Positions 13,737 through 26,164 of a stretch of 64,000 nt of DNA are shown here, piece after piece. The stretch is from Hemiscyllium ocellatum. Its lineage: Eukaryota. The DNA is taken from the NCBI RefSeq assembly GCF_020745735.1, contig NC_083429.1, positions 48,341,877 through 48,405,876 of the forward strand, given 5' to 3'. Every line of letters begins with the position of its first letter. Position 1 is the stretch's first letter. Under the pieces are notes generated by a model. The model was not told the origin of the DNA. It searched no databases and was given only the letters and a program-made list of their open reading frames with translations. Made by a program: the position numbers and the translations under genes.

Positions 13737-14715
13737 AAACAAAAACAGAAATTGCTGGATCAGCTCAGGTCTGGCAGCATCTGAGGAGAGAAATCAGAGT
13801 AACATTTCCAGTCAAGTAACCCTTCCTCAGAATTGATGGTAGCTAGGAAAATGTTGGTTTATGTGCAGAAGATATAGCGGAGAGAGGGGTAAGGAGTAAA
13901 TGCTAAGTGTGGATAGAGCCCAAAGAGAGAGAACAGCTGGACAGACATAGGAGTGGATGAGAGAGGGAAGCAGCATCAATGATGTCATCGATATACCAGT
14001 GAAAGAGTTGTGGGTGGGGGCAGGAACAGGACTGGAACAAAGAGTGTTCCACATACCCCACAAAGATACAGGTCTAACTGAGGCCCCAAGTGGGTACCCA
14101 TGGCCATCCCTCTGACCTAAAGAAAGTGGGAAGAGTCAAAGAGAAGTTGCTGAGGGTAAGGACAAGCTCAGCCAGGCAGAGGAGGGTGGTGGTGGGTAGG
14201 GACTGTTCAGGTCTTTGTTCCAGGAAGAAGTAGACAGACCTGAGACCACCCTGGTGGGGGATGGACTTGTAAAGGCATTGCATGTCCATAGTAAAAAGAA
14301 ACTGGCTGGACTCCTCAAACTGGAAATTCTGAAACTGATGCAAAACTGATGTGGTTATAGCTGGGCAGGGACTGGACCAGGGGAGGAGAGACTGGGTCAA
14401 GGTAGGAAGAGATGGGTTCTGTGGGACAGGAGCAGGCAGAAACAATGGGTTTCCCCAGGCAATCCTGTGTGTGGATTTTGGGAAGGAATTAAAAGTAAAC
14501 TGTGTGGGGTTGGGTGACTATTAGCTTGGAGGCAGTGGAAGGGGAGATCACCAGATAAAATTAGGTTAGTGACCGTAGTGGACACAATGGCCTGATGTTT
14601 CATGGTGGGGTCATGGTCCAGGGGAAGATAGGAGGAGGTATCTGAGAGCTGGCATTCAGCCTCTGCAATGTAGAGGATAGTCCACCAGACAACAGTACCC
14701 TTGTCTGCAGGCTTA
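13737..14715 (-). mobile_element. Penelope-like retroelement fragment (RT piece plus family D pLTR)
   Basis: ORF 14074..14445 FLFTMDMQCLYKSIPH..GL...FFL, LAELVLTLSNF (PLE RT); pLTR with degenerate hammerhead at ~13800-13832. Confidence 0.8.
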
Positions 14716-15094
14716 ATTATAAAGTCAGGCCCCTTACAATCTTGTACATTTTAATAAGACTGCACTGTATGTGTGAAAACCCAGATGGTACAAAACATGC
14801 CTACATATTCCACTCCCCGTTAATATCAAGGCTATGGTTTCCAGACATAGTTGGGAGTGTTTTATCTCTAATAACATTCAGCAGCAGGATAATGCTCAAT
14901 TATCCTAATTATATCTATTCTCCACTTTTTAACACCAATTTAATTGTCCCCAACCGGAGCAGACATTTTCAGTGCTAATTAAATTTAGGCACCTTGAAAG
15001 TAAAAAAAAGACAGAGATTTTAACACCACATAAATCTTCAATTTAATTGATCTTCAATTATTAAAGTGTTAAGGTACATCAAAGTCAATGTATG

Positions 15095-15746
15095 TGAAGA
15101 TCTGGACCCTGGGGGTGGGGGTTGGGGTTGGTGGGGCATCTCTCTGTTCTGTGATCAGTCAATAGGCATTCACAATGAGTCTGGTTCTTTAAGACTTCAT
15201 TCTTTATTCCTTCATCGGGTTAGGTACACAGCATCTGCAAACATAGAAGCTACACACTTCCTCAGAGGAGCTGTGCATATGGCTGAAAACAAAGACATTT
15301 TATACTTGTCTTAAAGAAAGTTACAGGCCATGATCACATAGTAAATTCAGACAATTACCAATCAATACATGATAATGCTTTATTTTACAGCTACTTGGTC
15401 TAATGATATTTCCTGGGAACCAACTTTGTTTTCCAACACTCAGGCCATCCTTATCTCACTTACCAAGCCTTTGCCCCGCATTTGAAGGTCAGTTCGAATG
15501 CCAATAATGTCTTATTTCTATGCTGTAAAGGGAGCATTGTCCGTTAATCTCTTTTGAAGCAGACCGTGGTTAGTCAATTATGCAGCTATAGCAGAATTGT
15601 CAATTTGCATCCCAGAAGCCATTTTCTCATGTTATTTGCATCAAGAAGCCATTTTATTGCCACCTAAGTTATTAAGAGCATCTGTTAAGCTGTTGTTCCT
15701 GACAACAACTAGTTACCTCAGCCTGTATTCAGGTTTCAGATCCTCA
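15095..15746 (-). repeat. ERV 3' LTR
   Basis: Direct repeat of 22885-23531; minus-strand TATAAAA (~15300) and AATAAA (~15205). Confidence 0.92.
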
Positions 15747-15861
15747 TCTCCCATAGAATGGGAGGGCATAGATTAGATCAGTCCAATCAATGGACGCTAG
15801 AGACTGCCATAACTTGTTCTCCTCCGAGGAAGTGGGGGTAGACAACCGTTCCTCCTCATCT

Positions 15862-17631
15862 TCATTTGGGCAGAAAAAAAAACATTTTCTGTGGGGAACC
15901 GATGTTCTCAACAGAAGTTATCAGCTTGGCAATAATGCATTTAACAACAGCAATGCCAGCAAAGAGACAAAGTAAAATAATACCAACATACACGGCCAGA
16001 TTTATCAACCAGTAGTACCATGAGCCAAAGCCCCAATCTCCCCATCCAGTGCCTTCTGTCATTTGATTGACCAAGGTGCGGATATTACCTACATGCTTGA
16101 CAATGGTTTCGGTGAGGTCAGTAACGCCCATCATATACTTGCCCTTCAACACGGTGCAAACCCCACCCCCTTTGGTGAGTAGGTAATCGAGAGCGTACCG
16201 GTTTTGTTGGGAAAATAGATGTAATTCTAAGAGCATGTCCTTGACTCTTGCTAAGGCCACGGCCGTCTCGCTGCCCAAGAGAGTGAGACCGAAAATAAGA
16301 TAATTTTGGTTTTGATGGCTAATAATTCCTGCAGATCCTCCTAAGGAAAAAGTACAAAGAAATGCGTAGCCCACAGAGTGAGCTTTACTGTTGCCCAAAG
16401 CCTTAGCAACCCTCCAATGCAGGGTTCAGGTGAAAGTGAACATTTGGTAGGGAAACACCAACCCCATTCCCAGGTAGTTGGACAGGGAACAGTAGTCGGG
16501 AATGGTGTCCCTATGGCTACAGCACAAGGAATACCTATTTCATCAAGAACAAGGAAGTCGGTCGCTCTGTCTTGGCTGAAAAAATAATAACTGGATTTAG
16601 TGTAGATAATGAAGTGGGCTTCCCACTAAGAAGCAGGCCTGTCTTTGTGACTTACCTAAACATATGGGTAGGCCATGTCCACAAAGAAGGTCGCCCCGGG
16701 CACTTAGGGTGAAAGCTGCTCAATAAAAAGAGGTGGGTCTTTGGGTAAGAGATGTGGTTATTGTCCCAGACTGGTTCCTTCCATCCCACAATTGGGAAGA
16801 TGGAGTTGCCGTTAGGGGTCTCATAGTGAAGGTGGGTGGTGCTGTTACCCATACCACAAAAAGCCTGAACACCGATAATAACAGGGACACACGTCTCCCT
16901 TAGGCATATGTGTGTGATGTGACGCCCCACAGGGAAACAGTAGTGGTTAGTACATTTAATTAAGGCACATGGAATAGTCTTAGTCACATTTTTGTAAGCA
17001 CACTCCCATCCTGTACAGTTGTGACAATTTGGAGAGGCTAACCCAGACTTATTAGGGGAAGTCCACAAGCAACTAGCAGGTGGGGATAAGTAATAGAAAC
17101 ATTATGTCCGGTAAATGCCTTAAAAGTGTTCCATACTCTGTCATTGGGATTCGGGAGGGGGAAAGGGATCAAGGAGTCCTTTGCTGGTGGTGAGGGCTTA
17201 ACAGACCACTTCATCTCGGCTAAATATTTTGTTGTGACTTTAAAAAACACAAATTGTTAGTGAAAGACGCCATTTCCCCCTTTTCTCTTTTGCGGTGTGC
17301 AGATTTAGACCCCTTTGAATAAGGCAAGGCTTACCAGGGCCGCCCATAGCACAACTGAAATCAAACTGGCACACAACACCTTGACAGGTTAAAGAACATT
17401 GAGACTTATCCTGTAAATGAACTGTCCAATCTCCTTGATGCAGTTGACCATTGCAACAGTCATTCTTGGGAAGATTCCATGCATCAAAGGAATCCGTCTC
17501 TTGGCACACGAGGACATCTTTTCGGCATAAATGGTACACAGTCTCTGATTGCTCAGGAACATAGTCCCTTCTTGAGCATTAATGCCAATGATAATGAGTC
17601 CACATAACAGGGTAAGTTTGATTTTCATCAT
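15862..17631 (-). pseudogene. env: Retroviral env, frameshifted
   Basis: Signal peptide MMKIKLTLLCGLIIIGINA, Cys-rich SU pieces, immunosuppressive domain QQNRYALDYLL followed by GGVC, TM helix WYYWLINLAVYVGIILLCLFAGIAVV. Confidence 0.88.
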
Positions 17632-17639
17632 CTCCCCCC

Positions 17640-18400
17640 TTACAAAGGGCTCGTCCAATGACCTTACAATGATGGAGGTGCCCAGTGACCTTATCAGCAA
17701 TAAGGGTTGTGAGGAGAACCGGAAGGGCCCCTTCCATCGAGGTTGGAGGCTGTGGCGTGTCCATTGTAATAGAGTATAAACCATTCCCTCCTTGCCCAAG
17801 CATGTACAATAATGCACAGAGTCAGCTAAAATAGGCAGCAGCAAAGAAGGAACACAAATTTGTCCAGCAGGGGTCACCCACATTTTGGTTTGAGTATCAA
17901 GGGAGAACGCTATTTGAGGCCATAGTTTGTCCTCTCCAGCAGAGGCCTTCCCCTGTGATTTCTCTACATTACCCAGGTCGGGCATACCTGTCCCCATATA
18001 GTCTCTGTCTGGGTTTTGCTAGGGGCCCCATGGGACCAGAAATTTAGGGCGTAAGGCTGCCTGCTTGGCAGCTGCATCCACTTGCCCATTACTTTGTAAA
18101 TTGTATCAGTTGCCTCAGCGTGAGCCAAACATCTTGGTAACTGCCAGATTGATTGGAAAAAACAGCAATACTACAACGTGTGGGGGTCAAAACTATGTTC
18201 TCACAAGGCTCCAAAATCGTGGGTCATACCAAGAGCACAATGAAGAGTCAATGTATATTAGCAGATTTTCCTTTTACTAGGACGCAAGCATGTCAATTCC
18301 CCATGTTCGCTCCAAGGTAACATTAGAAACATATCACTCCCCACTGGCCACATTTCCACAGTTAAAGCAAGGGCCAGCCATTTGTCCCTGAAAGATTTTG
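17640..18400 (-). pseudogene. pol: Retroviral pol remnant (RNase H end, integrase N-terminus joined to GPF C-terminus)
   Basis: SNGQVDAAAKQAAL (RNase H end, ~18050-18095); VHYCTCLGKEGMVYTLLQW followed directly by LQPRWKGPF. Confidence 0.75.
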
Positions 18401-19430
18401 CTGTCTTGATCCCAGTCTCAAAGGTGTAATACTGGGGCTTGCCTGTCCCCATTTCCAGGGTCCCCTCGGGAAAAGGTTGCTCAGGTCGCTAGGTGGGCAT
18501 CTGAGGTAGGTTCTGCCACTAGTGGGTATCCTGGTCCCAATCAACGCTGTCAGGACTGGCACACAGCATTTGGGATCGCGAGAGTGCTGGATATAATTTA
18601 TTTTACCTGTAACTTGCATCGTGGTTCTGTCTGATTCTGGCCATCCCGATAGAACACCACCACTTACCTCATTTGCGACTGGAAATTCCTAGTTCATATT
18701 GTTTGTCTGGATCATGTCAGTGACACCAGGTGGAAAACATTGCAAAAGCATCGGGTTAAACAAAGGTGATTGAGCTTCTTGATTTTATTTTCAATTGTAT
18801 ACCACTTCTGTCAGACAGATGGCCACATATTTCAGTCTTGGAACACAAACCATTCGTATTCAGGCTACTCCCAGAATTTTGCTGCATTTACATCTGTATC
18901 ACCCTTGGACATGTTGAGTAAATTGAGCCGGTTTGTTCTTGCGGTCAGGGGCATGCTTCATTAACATTACTTTAATTCCCGGGATGGGCCTTGGTTTAGG
19001 ATAACGCAGGTCACTCATTCCCGTGATATTGACTATGAAGACGGGATGTTTCATTTTCAAAAGAAGGAAAAGTTTGTAATAAGGGTGTGGTGTGCTGGGG
19101 ACAACAGGAGATGTTAGGGGCTCAGTGGGTATGCAGGAATAAAATCCCCATCCTCAAATAAGGTCAATATGCCAGATATAGGCTCAGGATTCCGAGTAGA
19201 ATCTAAGTTCTTTATTTTACAGCGTAGTTGCTTTTACCCTGTTTGCACATTCCTCAGCCATAGTGGTCCTACACTGTTTCCATGACCCTTTTACTTTTTC
19301 AGCTACCCATTCACAGTCAGCCGTGAACACCTCCCAGCTTTTGGGCAGTTCCATCTGCTATACATGTCCCAATCACATGCAGAATTCCTTCAACTGGCCA
19401 GTAAGGTGTCTTTCCATTCTTTCATTAGCA
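18400..19430 (-). pseudogene. gag: Probable gag remnant
   Basis: Position between leader and pol; WPVEG matrix-like motif near 19400; heavily disrupted. Confidence 0.45.
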
Positions 19431-19667
19431 ACTAATTAATACAGCCATGCTTCAAATTAATCATGAGGCAATGAGACAGGTCACTGACAACGTGTAAAGG
19501 AATGAAACCAAGTGATCCTGCCAGTTAATTCTGATTTTGTGATCTAGGGCTAATACAATTGATTATTTAAAAATAATAAATTATTTAATTATTTAAAGTC
19601 TGGTTGAAGATTTGTAGCTTGGGTGTCTGTTGTTGTGGTTCTGTTCGCCGAGCTGGAAGTTTTTGCT

Positions 19668-19707
19668 GCAAACGTTTCGTTCCCTGGCTAGGGAACATCA
19701 TCAGTGC
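19668..19707 (-). ncRNA. Type I hammerhead ribozyme (intact, family C, inverted copy)
   Basis: Exact reverse complement of 20000-20039. Confidence 0.8.
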
Positions 19708-19999
19708 TATTGGAGCTTGTCATAGGACAAGCCAGACAGAGAACAGCCAGGGAATTCCTAGAGGCATGGCATTCATCCGCAAACTCCATTAACAGACACA
19801 TCGACCTGGATCCCATATACAAACCACTACAGCTGAAACTGACACCCGGAAGCGGCAAGAACATCCATCAACAGACACATCGACCTGGACCCCACATACA
19901 AACTACTACAGCTGAAACTGACACCCGGAAGCGGCAAGAACAAACCACTATAAATACCAGAAGAAACATCAAAGCAGCGCTTCACAGGAGGCTCCAATA

Positions 20000-20039
20000 G
20001 CACTGATGATGTTCCCTAGCCAGGGAACGAAACGTTTGC
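20000..20039 (+). ncRNA. Type I hammerhead ribozyme (intact, family C)
   Basis: GCA-CUGAUGA-U-GUUCCCU(AGCC)AGGGAAC-GAAA-CGUU^UGC: full core, 7 bp stem II, stem I GCA/UGC, palindromic stem III. Confidence 0.82.
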
Positions 20040-20959
20040 AGCAAAAACTTCAAGCTCGGCGAACAGAACCACAACAATTTAATTATTATCTGTAATTCAG
20101 AGGTGGAAACTGAACAAGTGATTAAGACATTTTAAAAGCCATCAATATAAACTGGAAATTCATTTATTCAGTATTTAATATTTAAATATAAAATACATAC
20201 AGTTTCCAACTCTGAAATCCATTACAATTACCTGGTTCTAGTCCCTAAATGTAAATCCCAGATTAGGTTCCTTAAATGGTCCTGCCCAGTCATTGCTCAT
20301 TTACAATGCTATAGGCCGTGAAATAACTACAGCTACCTTAAAAGGTTTTGTCCACTCACATGGTAACAAAAAAACCTTCTCATGCACAAATAATGGCCGA
20401 ATCCAAAGGCACAGATATTAACAATAGGATGTTAATTTTGTTACATGATTAATCACAACATAATATTGAACTGAAACTTCGATTGAGTTTGAGGGAGGGG
20501 AATTGATATAAAATTAAGCTACGACTGGTACATCATAATCACCAATGAAACACAGCAGTCTTAAAATTAAGTGAAAACAAATGACTCTGAAACAAAATTA
20601 AATCTGATAGTATCATTTTCTGAAAAAAATGAGATATATGGTTTGGGATATTTTGGATCAATCTTTATACTTCTAGTTTTACAAACTGTAACTAAATTAA
20701 ATAAGGTTCATGCAATTCCCCCAACCAATGAAAAAATGTTAAAGTCTGAAATGATTTTCCTCAATGTTAGATTTAAATTATAACTAAAATTGCTCTCATC
20801 CTGGAACAGAATGATTCTGCACCTGAGTCCCAGATTTAGTGCTACTGCTTTACTTCCTTTAGTCAATTCTTTGATTAGTACAACATGTAAAATGATCTTT
20901 GGCAGTAGCATGAAACGATGGGGAATTTGAGAGCAAGTTTATACTGATGTCAAATGGTG

Positions 20960-21708
20960 CAGAATCGAAGATTATACACTTAATGGTAAGGTCCTAGGGA
21001 GTGTTGCTGAACAAAGAGACCTTGGAGTGCAGGTTCATAGCTCTTTGAAAATGGAGTTGCAGGTAGATAGGATAGTGAAGAAGGCATTTGGTATGCTTTC
21101 CTTTATTGGTCAGAGTATTGAGTACAGGAGTTGGGAGGTCATGTTGCAGCTGTACAGGACATTGGTTAGGCCACTGTCGGAATATTGCGTGCAATTCTGG
21201 TCTCCTTCCTATCGGAAAGATGTTGTGAAACTTGAAAGGGTTTAGAAAAGATTTACGAGGGTTGGAGGATTTGAGCTATAGGGAGAGGCTGACAGGCTGG
21301 GGCTGTTTTCCCTGGAGCGTCAGAGGTGAGGGGTGACCTTGTAGAGGTTTACAAAATCATGAAGGGCAAGGATAGGACAAATAGACAAAGTCTTTTCCCT
21401 GGGGTCGGGGAGCCCAGAACAAGAGGGCATAGGTTTAGGGTGAGAGAAGAAAAATATAAAAGAGACTTAAAGGGCAACTTTTTCAAGTAGAGGGTGGTAC
21501 GTGTATGGAATGAGCTGCCAGAGGATGTGGTTGAGACTGGTACATTTGCAACATTAAAGAGACATTTGGATGGGTATATGAATAAGAAGGATTTGGAGGG
21601 TGCTAGCAGGTGGGACTAGATTGGGTTGGGATATCTGGTTGGCATGGACGGGTTGGACCGAAGGGTCTGTTTCCATGCTGTACATCTCTATGACTCTATG
21701 ACTCTATG
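20960..21708 (+). mobile_element. CR1/HER1 LINE 3' fragment inside the ERV
   Basis: ORF 21027..21245 VKKAFGMLSFIGQSIEYRSWEVMLQLYRTLVRP; (ctatgact)n tail. Confidence 0.9.
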
Positions 21709-22864
21709 TTGTCTTCCTCAATATTAAACTGATTTGAAATGAAATAAGATTGGCTTTCATGTAAGCATTAAAGTGATTAGGTAGAAAGTGACAGTAGGGC
21801 AGTCATGGCCTGTAAGAAGAACAGGCGTTAATATTTCATTTCATAATCTTTGATGGATCCTTAACCTTAAAAGAAATCATGTTAAATGCCCAAAATGCAA
21901 ATCAAATTCAAAACAGTCACGGATCTCAAGTTCCAGGGAACAAAACACAAACATACAATCACCAACAAGCAAATGTTCATTCAAACTGAATCTCAAAGGG
22001 TTAGACTTTCAGCAAGCTGCTTGGAATCAATGCTGAATCTCTGTCTGTCTGTCTGTCCGTCTGTCTGTCTCTGTCTCTCTCACACACACACACACGCACG
22101 AACATTTTAAGGGTAATGAGGCACTCACATTCCAGAACACAGTCAAGGTTAGGGAGTTTAGCCACATAAATCCTGGTAGTGGCACATCGCTGCTTTGCCA
22201 AGTGTGCAACAATTGTATCATTGGCCACCTTTCCTTTTTTAACGTGACATAAGCAGCAACCACACTCTATATTTGATAAACAAAGAACAAACACCAAAAC
22301 AAACAGAACAAAGCCATAGCAGACAAACAAGACAAAACAGCAAAGCTAGATAAGCCAAGCCAAGCCACACAGATGCAACAGCGAAGATAATCTTGACCTA
22401 AAACTTTTACTACTCAACAACCCAATAATGAACAGCAAGACTAATAATTTCAGCAAAACATTTTCCACATTCTAAAATCCTGACAGTTTCATTATAATAT
22501 ATTGCAATACTTTTCTGTTTCATTTTTCTCAGAATAATTTGGAATCAATTTAGACAATGCCAATTTGACCAAATTTGAGTCCCCAACTCATTTGAAGTAC
22601 TTCCTTATGCAGGTCCCTGAGCTGGTAGTGGCAATCCCCGACTCCCTGGAGTCCCAGACTCCTTTTGAAGCTTTTCTGAATGAATTCTTACCAATGCCGA
22701 TCCTTCTTAGGCCGGGCTGAGATGATAAGCAGCAAGGGGTCGAGTCAACCACAACTTGAATGAGAGGAAAACCAAATACTCATGTCTGGTCGGCCGATTT
22801 CTCTACACTCAATAGTGGAGGACTCAAGCCTCTTACACCGCTGTGCACAAATCATCCATATTGA

Positions 22865-22882
22865 ATCCGAGTCATGGCACCA
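22865..22882 (-). promoter_or_regulatory. Primer binding site, tRNA-His
   Basis: TGGTGCCATGACTCGGAT 2 nt after the 5' LTR; 17/18 match to the complement of the tRNA-His 3' end (TGGTGCCGTGACTCGGAT). Confidence 0.9.
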
Positions 22883-22884
22883 GA

Positions 22885-23531
22885 TGAAGATTTGGACCCC
22901 CGGGGGGGTTGTCTCTCTGTTGCGTGATCGGTCAATGAGCACTCACAATTGGTCTGGTTCTTTAAGACTTTATTCTTTATTTCTTCATACGTTTGGGTAG
23001 AGAGCATCTGGAAACACAGAGGATATACACTTCTGAGTTCCTCAGAGGAGCTGTGCACATGGCTGAAAACAAAGACATTTTTATACTTATCTTAAAGAAA
23101 GGTACAGGCTATGTACATTCAGACAATTACCAGTCAATACATGATAATGCTTTATTTGACAGCTACTTGGTCTAATGATATTTCCTGGGAACCAACTTTG
23201 TTTTCCAACACTCAGGCCGCCATTATCTCACTTACCAAGCCTTTGCCCCTGCATCTGAAAGTCAGTTTGGTTGGCCAGTAATGTCTTATCTAGTCTACTT
23301 ATTTCTATGCTGTAAAGGGAGCATTGTCTGCTAATCTCTATTGAAGCAGACTGGTTAGTCAATTATGCAGCTTTCGCAGAATTGTTAATTTGCAGCCTAG
23401 AAGCCGTTTTGTCATGTTATTTGTATCGAGAAGCCATTTTACTGCCACCTAAGTTATTAAGAGCATCTGTTAAGCAGTTCTTCCTGACAACAACTAGTTA
23501 CCTCAGCCTGTATTCAGGTTTCAGAGCCTCA
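22885..23531 (-). repeat. ERV 5' LTR
   Basis: TGAGG...TTCA ends, adjacent PBS, repeat of 15095-15746. Confidence 0.92.
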
Positions 23532-24194
23532 TAAGGGGAACTTGATGCCTCTACCCAGATTACAGCATGAGCTGGCATTTTCTGGAATTCCCCATTAATT
23601 CCTGGAGTGTGACTGGACTCTTCTGCCTGATGACAACAATCTTATTTATTTTCCTTAGATTTTAATAACCCGCACTGACAAGTTTCTTTCTTCAATAAAT
23701 CTTGGAATGATCCAGCAACGAAACAAATCATTCTGCCTAAGATGTTTTTGACAGTTCTTCAAAAAAGCTATTCAATTTAGTCACAATCCACGCATTTCCC
23801 TCCTATTCTGTAATGTTTTCCCTTCAAGTTTTTATCTGTTTGTGAGTCACTGTTGAATTTGTTTCCATGACTCCTCTGCGCAATATTCCACATTTCCTCA
23901 TGTTGCTTCTTGTTATTTTTCCAATTATTGTTACACTTTGCCCTTACGTTCACTGAGTATTACTCCTTGTATACTTTATGCATGAAAAAGTATTGAATAT
24001 TCAAACTTTGCTTTAACCAGCACCTTATGAACCAGCACTCTTGATAAAATTTTATATCCCTGAAATGCCGCAAAGTTTATTTATAATCGTGACCTTCACA
24101 ACTTTAAAGTAGTAGGTTGTGGGTGTGAAGTTGCATTATTATTCAAGCGATTGATGCTACAAATAATGTAGAGCAGGTCTGCTTCAGGATATGA

Positions 24195-24420
24195 AGGGTT
24201 TCAGGGCAGAGGAAATGACCTGAGGGGAGGGGGGTGCAGGGAGAGAGAGACTCGCTGAGATCTTAGTGGAGGGAGGAGGAGAATTTCTTCAAGGTGTGCA
24301 TCTTTGGAAGAGGTTCGCAGTAAGGTGACAGCGACTAGGAGACAGTGAGGGCTGCTGACAGTGAAGACTCTGAGACGAAAACTGTTGCCACTTTCAGCAG
24401 CTGTAGTCCTCACTTTTTCC
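24195..24420 (-). mobile_element. Penelope-like fragment
   Basis: Similar to 46610-46695 (atgacctg.ggg..gtgcag.gagagaga.actc.ctga). Confidence 0.55.
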
Positions 24421-24492
24421 AAATAAAGTAGAGCAATCATGTGTATACTTCCCTGCATTATACACCTATTAATTAGTGTGCATTTTTACATA

Positions 24493-24810
24493 GGGAGATG
24501 ATGGTTTAGTGGTATTATCACAAGACTACCAATCCATAGACCCAGCTAATGTTCTGGGGATCTGGGTTCTGAATCCCACCATATTAGATGGTGGAATTTA
24601 AATCAATAAAGAATCTGAAATTAAGGGTCTAATGAGGACGCTCACTTGAAGGAAAAGTTCCATCTGGATTCCCTAATTTATTTTAGGGGAGGAAATCTGT
24701 CATCCTTACCAGATCTGTAGTTAGCTCTTAACTGCTTTCTGGGCATTAGGGATGGGCAATAAATACTGGCCTATCCAGAAATGCCTACATACCAAAAGTC
24801 AATATATTAA
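24493..24810 (+). mobile_element. Second tRNA-type SINE family
   Basis: tggtttagtggta A-box-like and ggttctgaatccc B-box-like motifs, ggcattagggatgggcaataaa tail. Confidence 0.65.
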
Positions 24811-25734
24811 AAAATTGATTATGTAGACCTCTTGATCAACTGGATATTGATCAACCAGCACACTCTGGTCCCATAGGTTAATAATGTATTTGCTGTGAAT
24901 GCACTCATGATTGTGTTACTGTATACCCTGCCAATATTGCACTGCATCTTGGAGTGTGTGGGCAGATAATTGTTTATCTTATACAGTCATGAATATCTCT
25001 GATATTCTGTACTTCCTCCTTCACGTTTCTCAACCGTGCCAAATGCATTTCTCCATAACGTCTCCTAGCATTTAAACTAACCTCAATGTTTTTTGGTTTG
25101 TTATCAATACTTTTTGCACAATCTCATCATTGAGTTCCATCACTAGACTTAGTTTTTCTCAGACTCTAGGGAATGATGTGTCACTCCTCAGGTTGATACT
25201 CCTCAATGCTCTAGTGATTGAACCTTCCTTTGTGTGTGATAATCAAATTTCTTTCTCAAGACTGCTTCTAAAACCTTATTAGATAATAAGTGAATTTTCA
25301 TCAGACTGCACAAAGACACTATTCATACATGTAAGATAGCAAAGCAGAAAGTCATTTCATTACAAATGACTGAACACAGAACTCAAATAATTTATCTGAC
25401 AGTCCACTACTAGCACTAAGTAATACATTTGTTTTAAATGAATATAATTGCTTTAAGCAACTCCAAGCATGATAGAAACCATAATTTTACAGTATGGAAG
25501 TTTGTTACAGTGTGTGCACATTATTTACTTTCAAGGTCATATACTTTTTAAATTGGCATATTTATTTCAGCTTTTCCACAGAGTTCAACTTTGCAAAAAG
25601 CTTAATTTTAGTTAAACAGAGCACAGTGATTCAAAATGAACACACAAATTTAATAACATACAAAGGGACACACAACAGGGGGGTGATGCTATTTTCAAAT
25701 GAAAATTCTGGTACAACTATTAACTAGCAGAGCT

Positions 25735-26150
25735 GATTGGGCCACTTAGTCTTTGAGTCTACCCTGCTATTCAGTAAGATCATGGCTGACCTCAACTTTA
25801 CATTCCTGAATATCCCCGATAATCTTTCACCCCTCAGTAATCAAGAACCTCTCTAACTCTGCCTTAAAAATATTTAAAGCTCTGGATCCACTGTGTCTTG
25901 TAAAAGGGAATTCCAAAGATTCACAAACCATCCAAAAGAAAACATTTGTTTCCTCATCTCTGGTGACTTTTTAATTTTGAACCATCATGCATCATTCTAG
26001 ATTCTCCCACAAGAGGAATCATTCCTTCCACATCCATCCAGTCAAGTCCCCTCAGGATTTTATATGTTTCTATTAAGTCCCCTCTGACTCTTCTAAACTC
26101 CAGAGGATACAAGGCCAGCCTGTCTAGCCTTCCATCATAAGGTAATTCAT
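25735..26150 (-). mobile_element. CR1 3' fragment
   Basis: RLDRLALYPLEFRRVRGDLIETYKILRGLD in ORF 25954..26211. Confidence 0.8.
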
Positions 26151-26164
26151 AAACATTAACTTTC

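Larger units (their letters stand above)
19594..20076 (+). mobile_element. Penelope family C insertion: inverted pLTR, GIY-YIG 3' end and pLTR
   Basis: ORF 19704..20000 AREFLEAWHSSANSINRHIDLDPIY (PLE endonuclease C-terminus); inverted termini; 11 bp TSD atttaattatt (19583-19593 and 20077-20087). Confidence 0.85.
15095..23531 (-). mobile_element. Class I (gamma/epsilon-like) endogenous retrovirus, internally deleted
   Basis: Two ~650 bp LTRs with TG..CA ends, tRNA-His PBS, gag-pol-env remnants in order on the minus strand; candidate 4 bp TSD tatg/taag. Confidence 0.9.

Noticed and set aside
19790-19945. Short direct repeats that could suggest a CRISPR-like array
   Set aside because: Only two units, with no spacers; an internal duplication of a Penelope element in a vertebrate genome
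20230-20340. Exon-like segment on the minus strand inside the ERV (AG...GTAATT)
   Set aside because: All three frames contain stop codons; no recognisable protein
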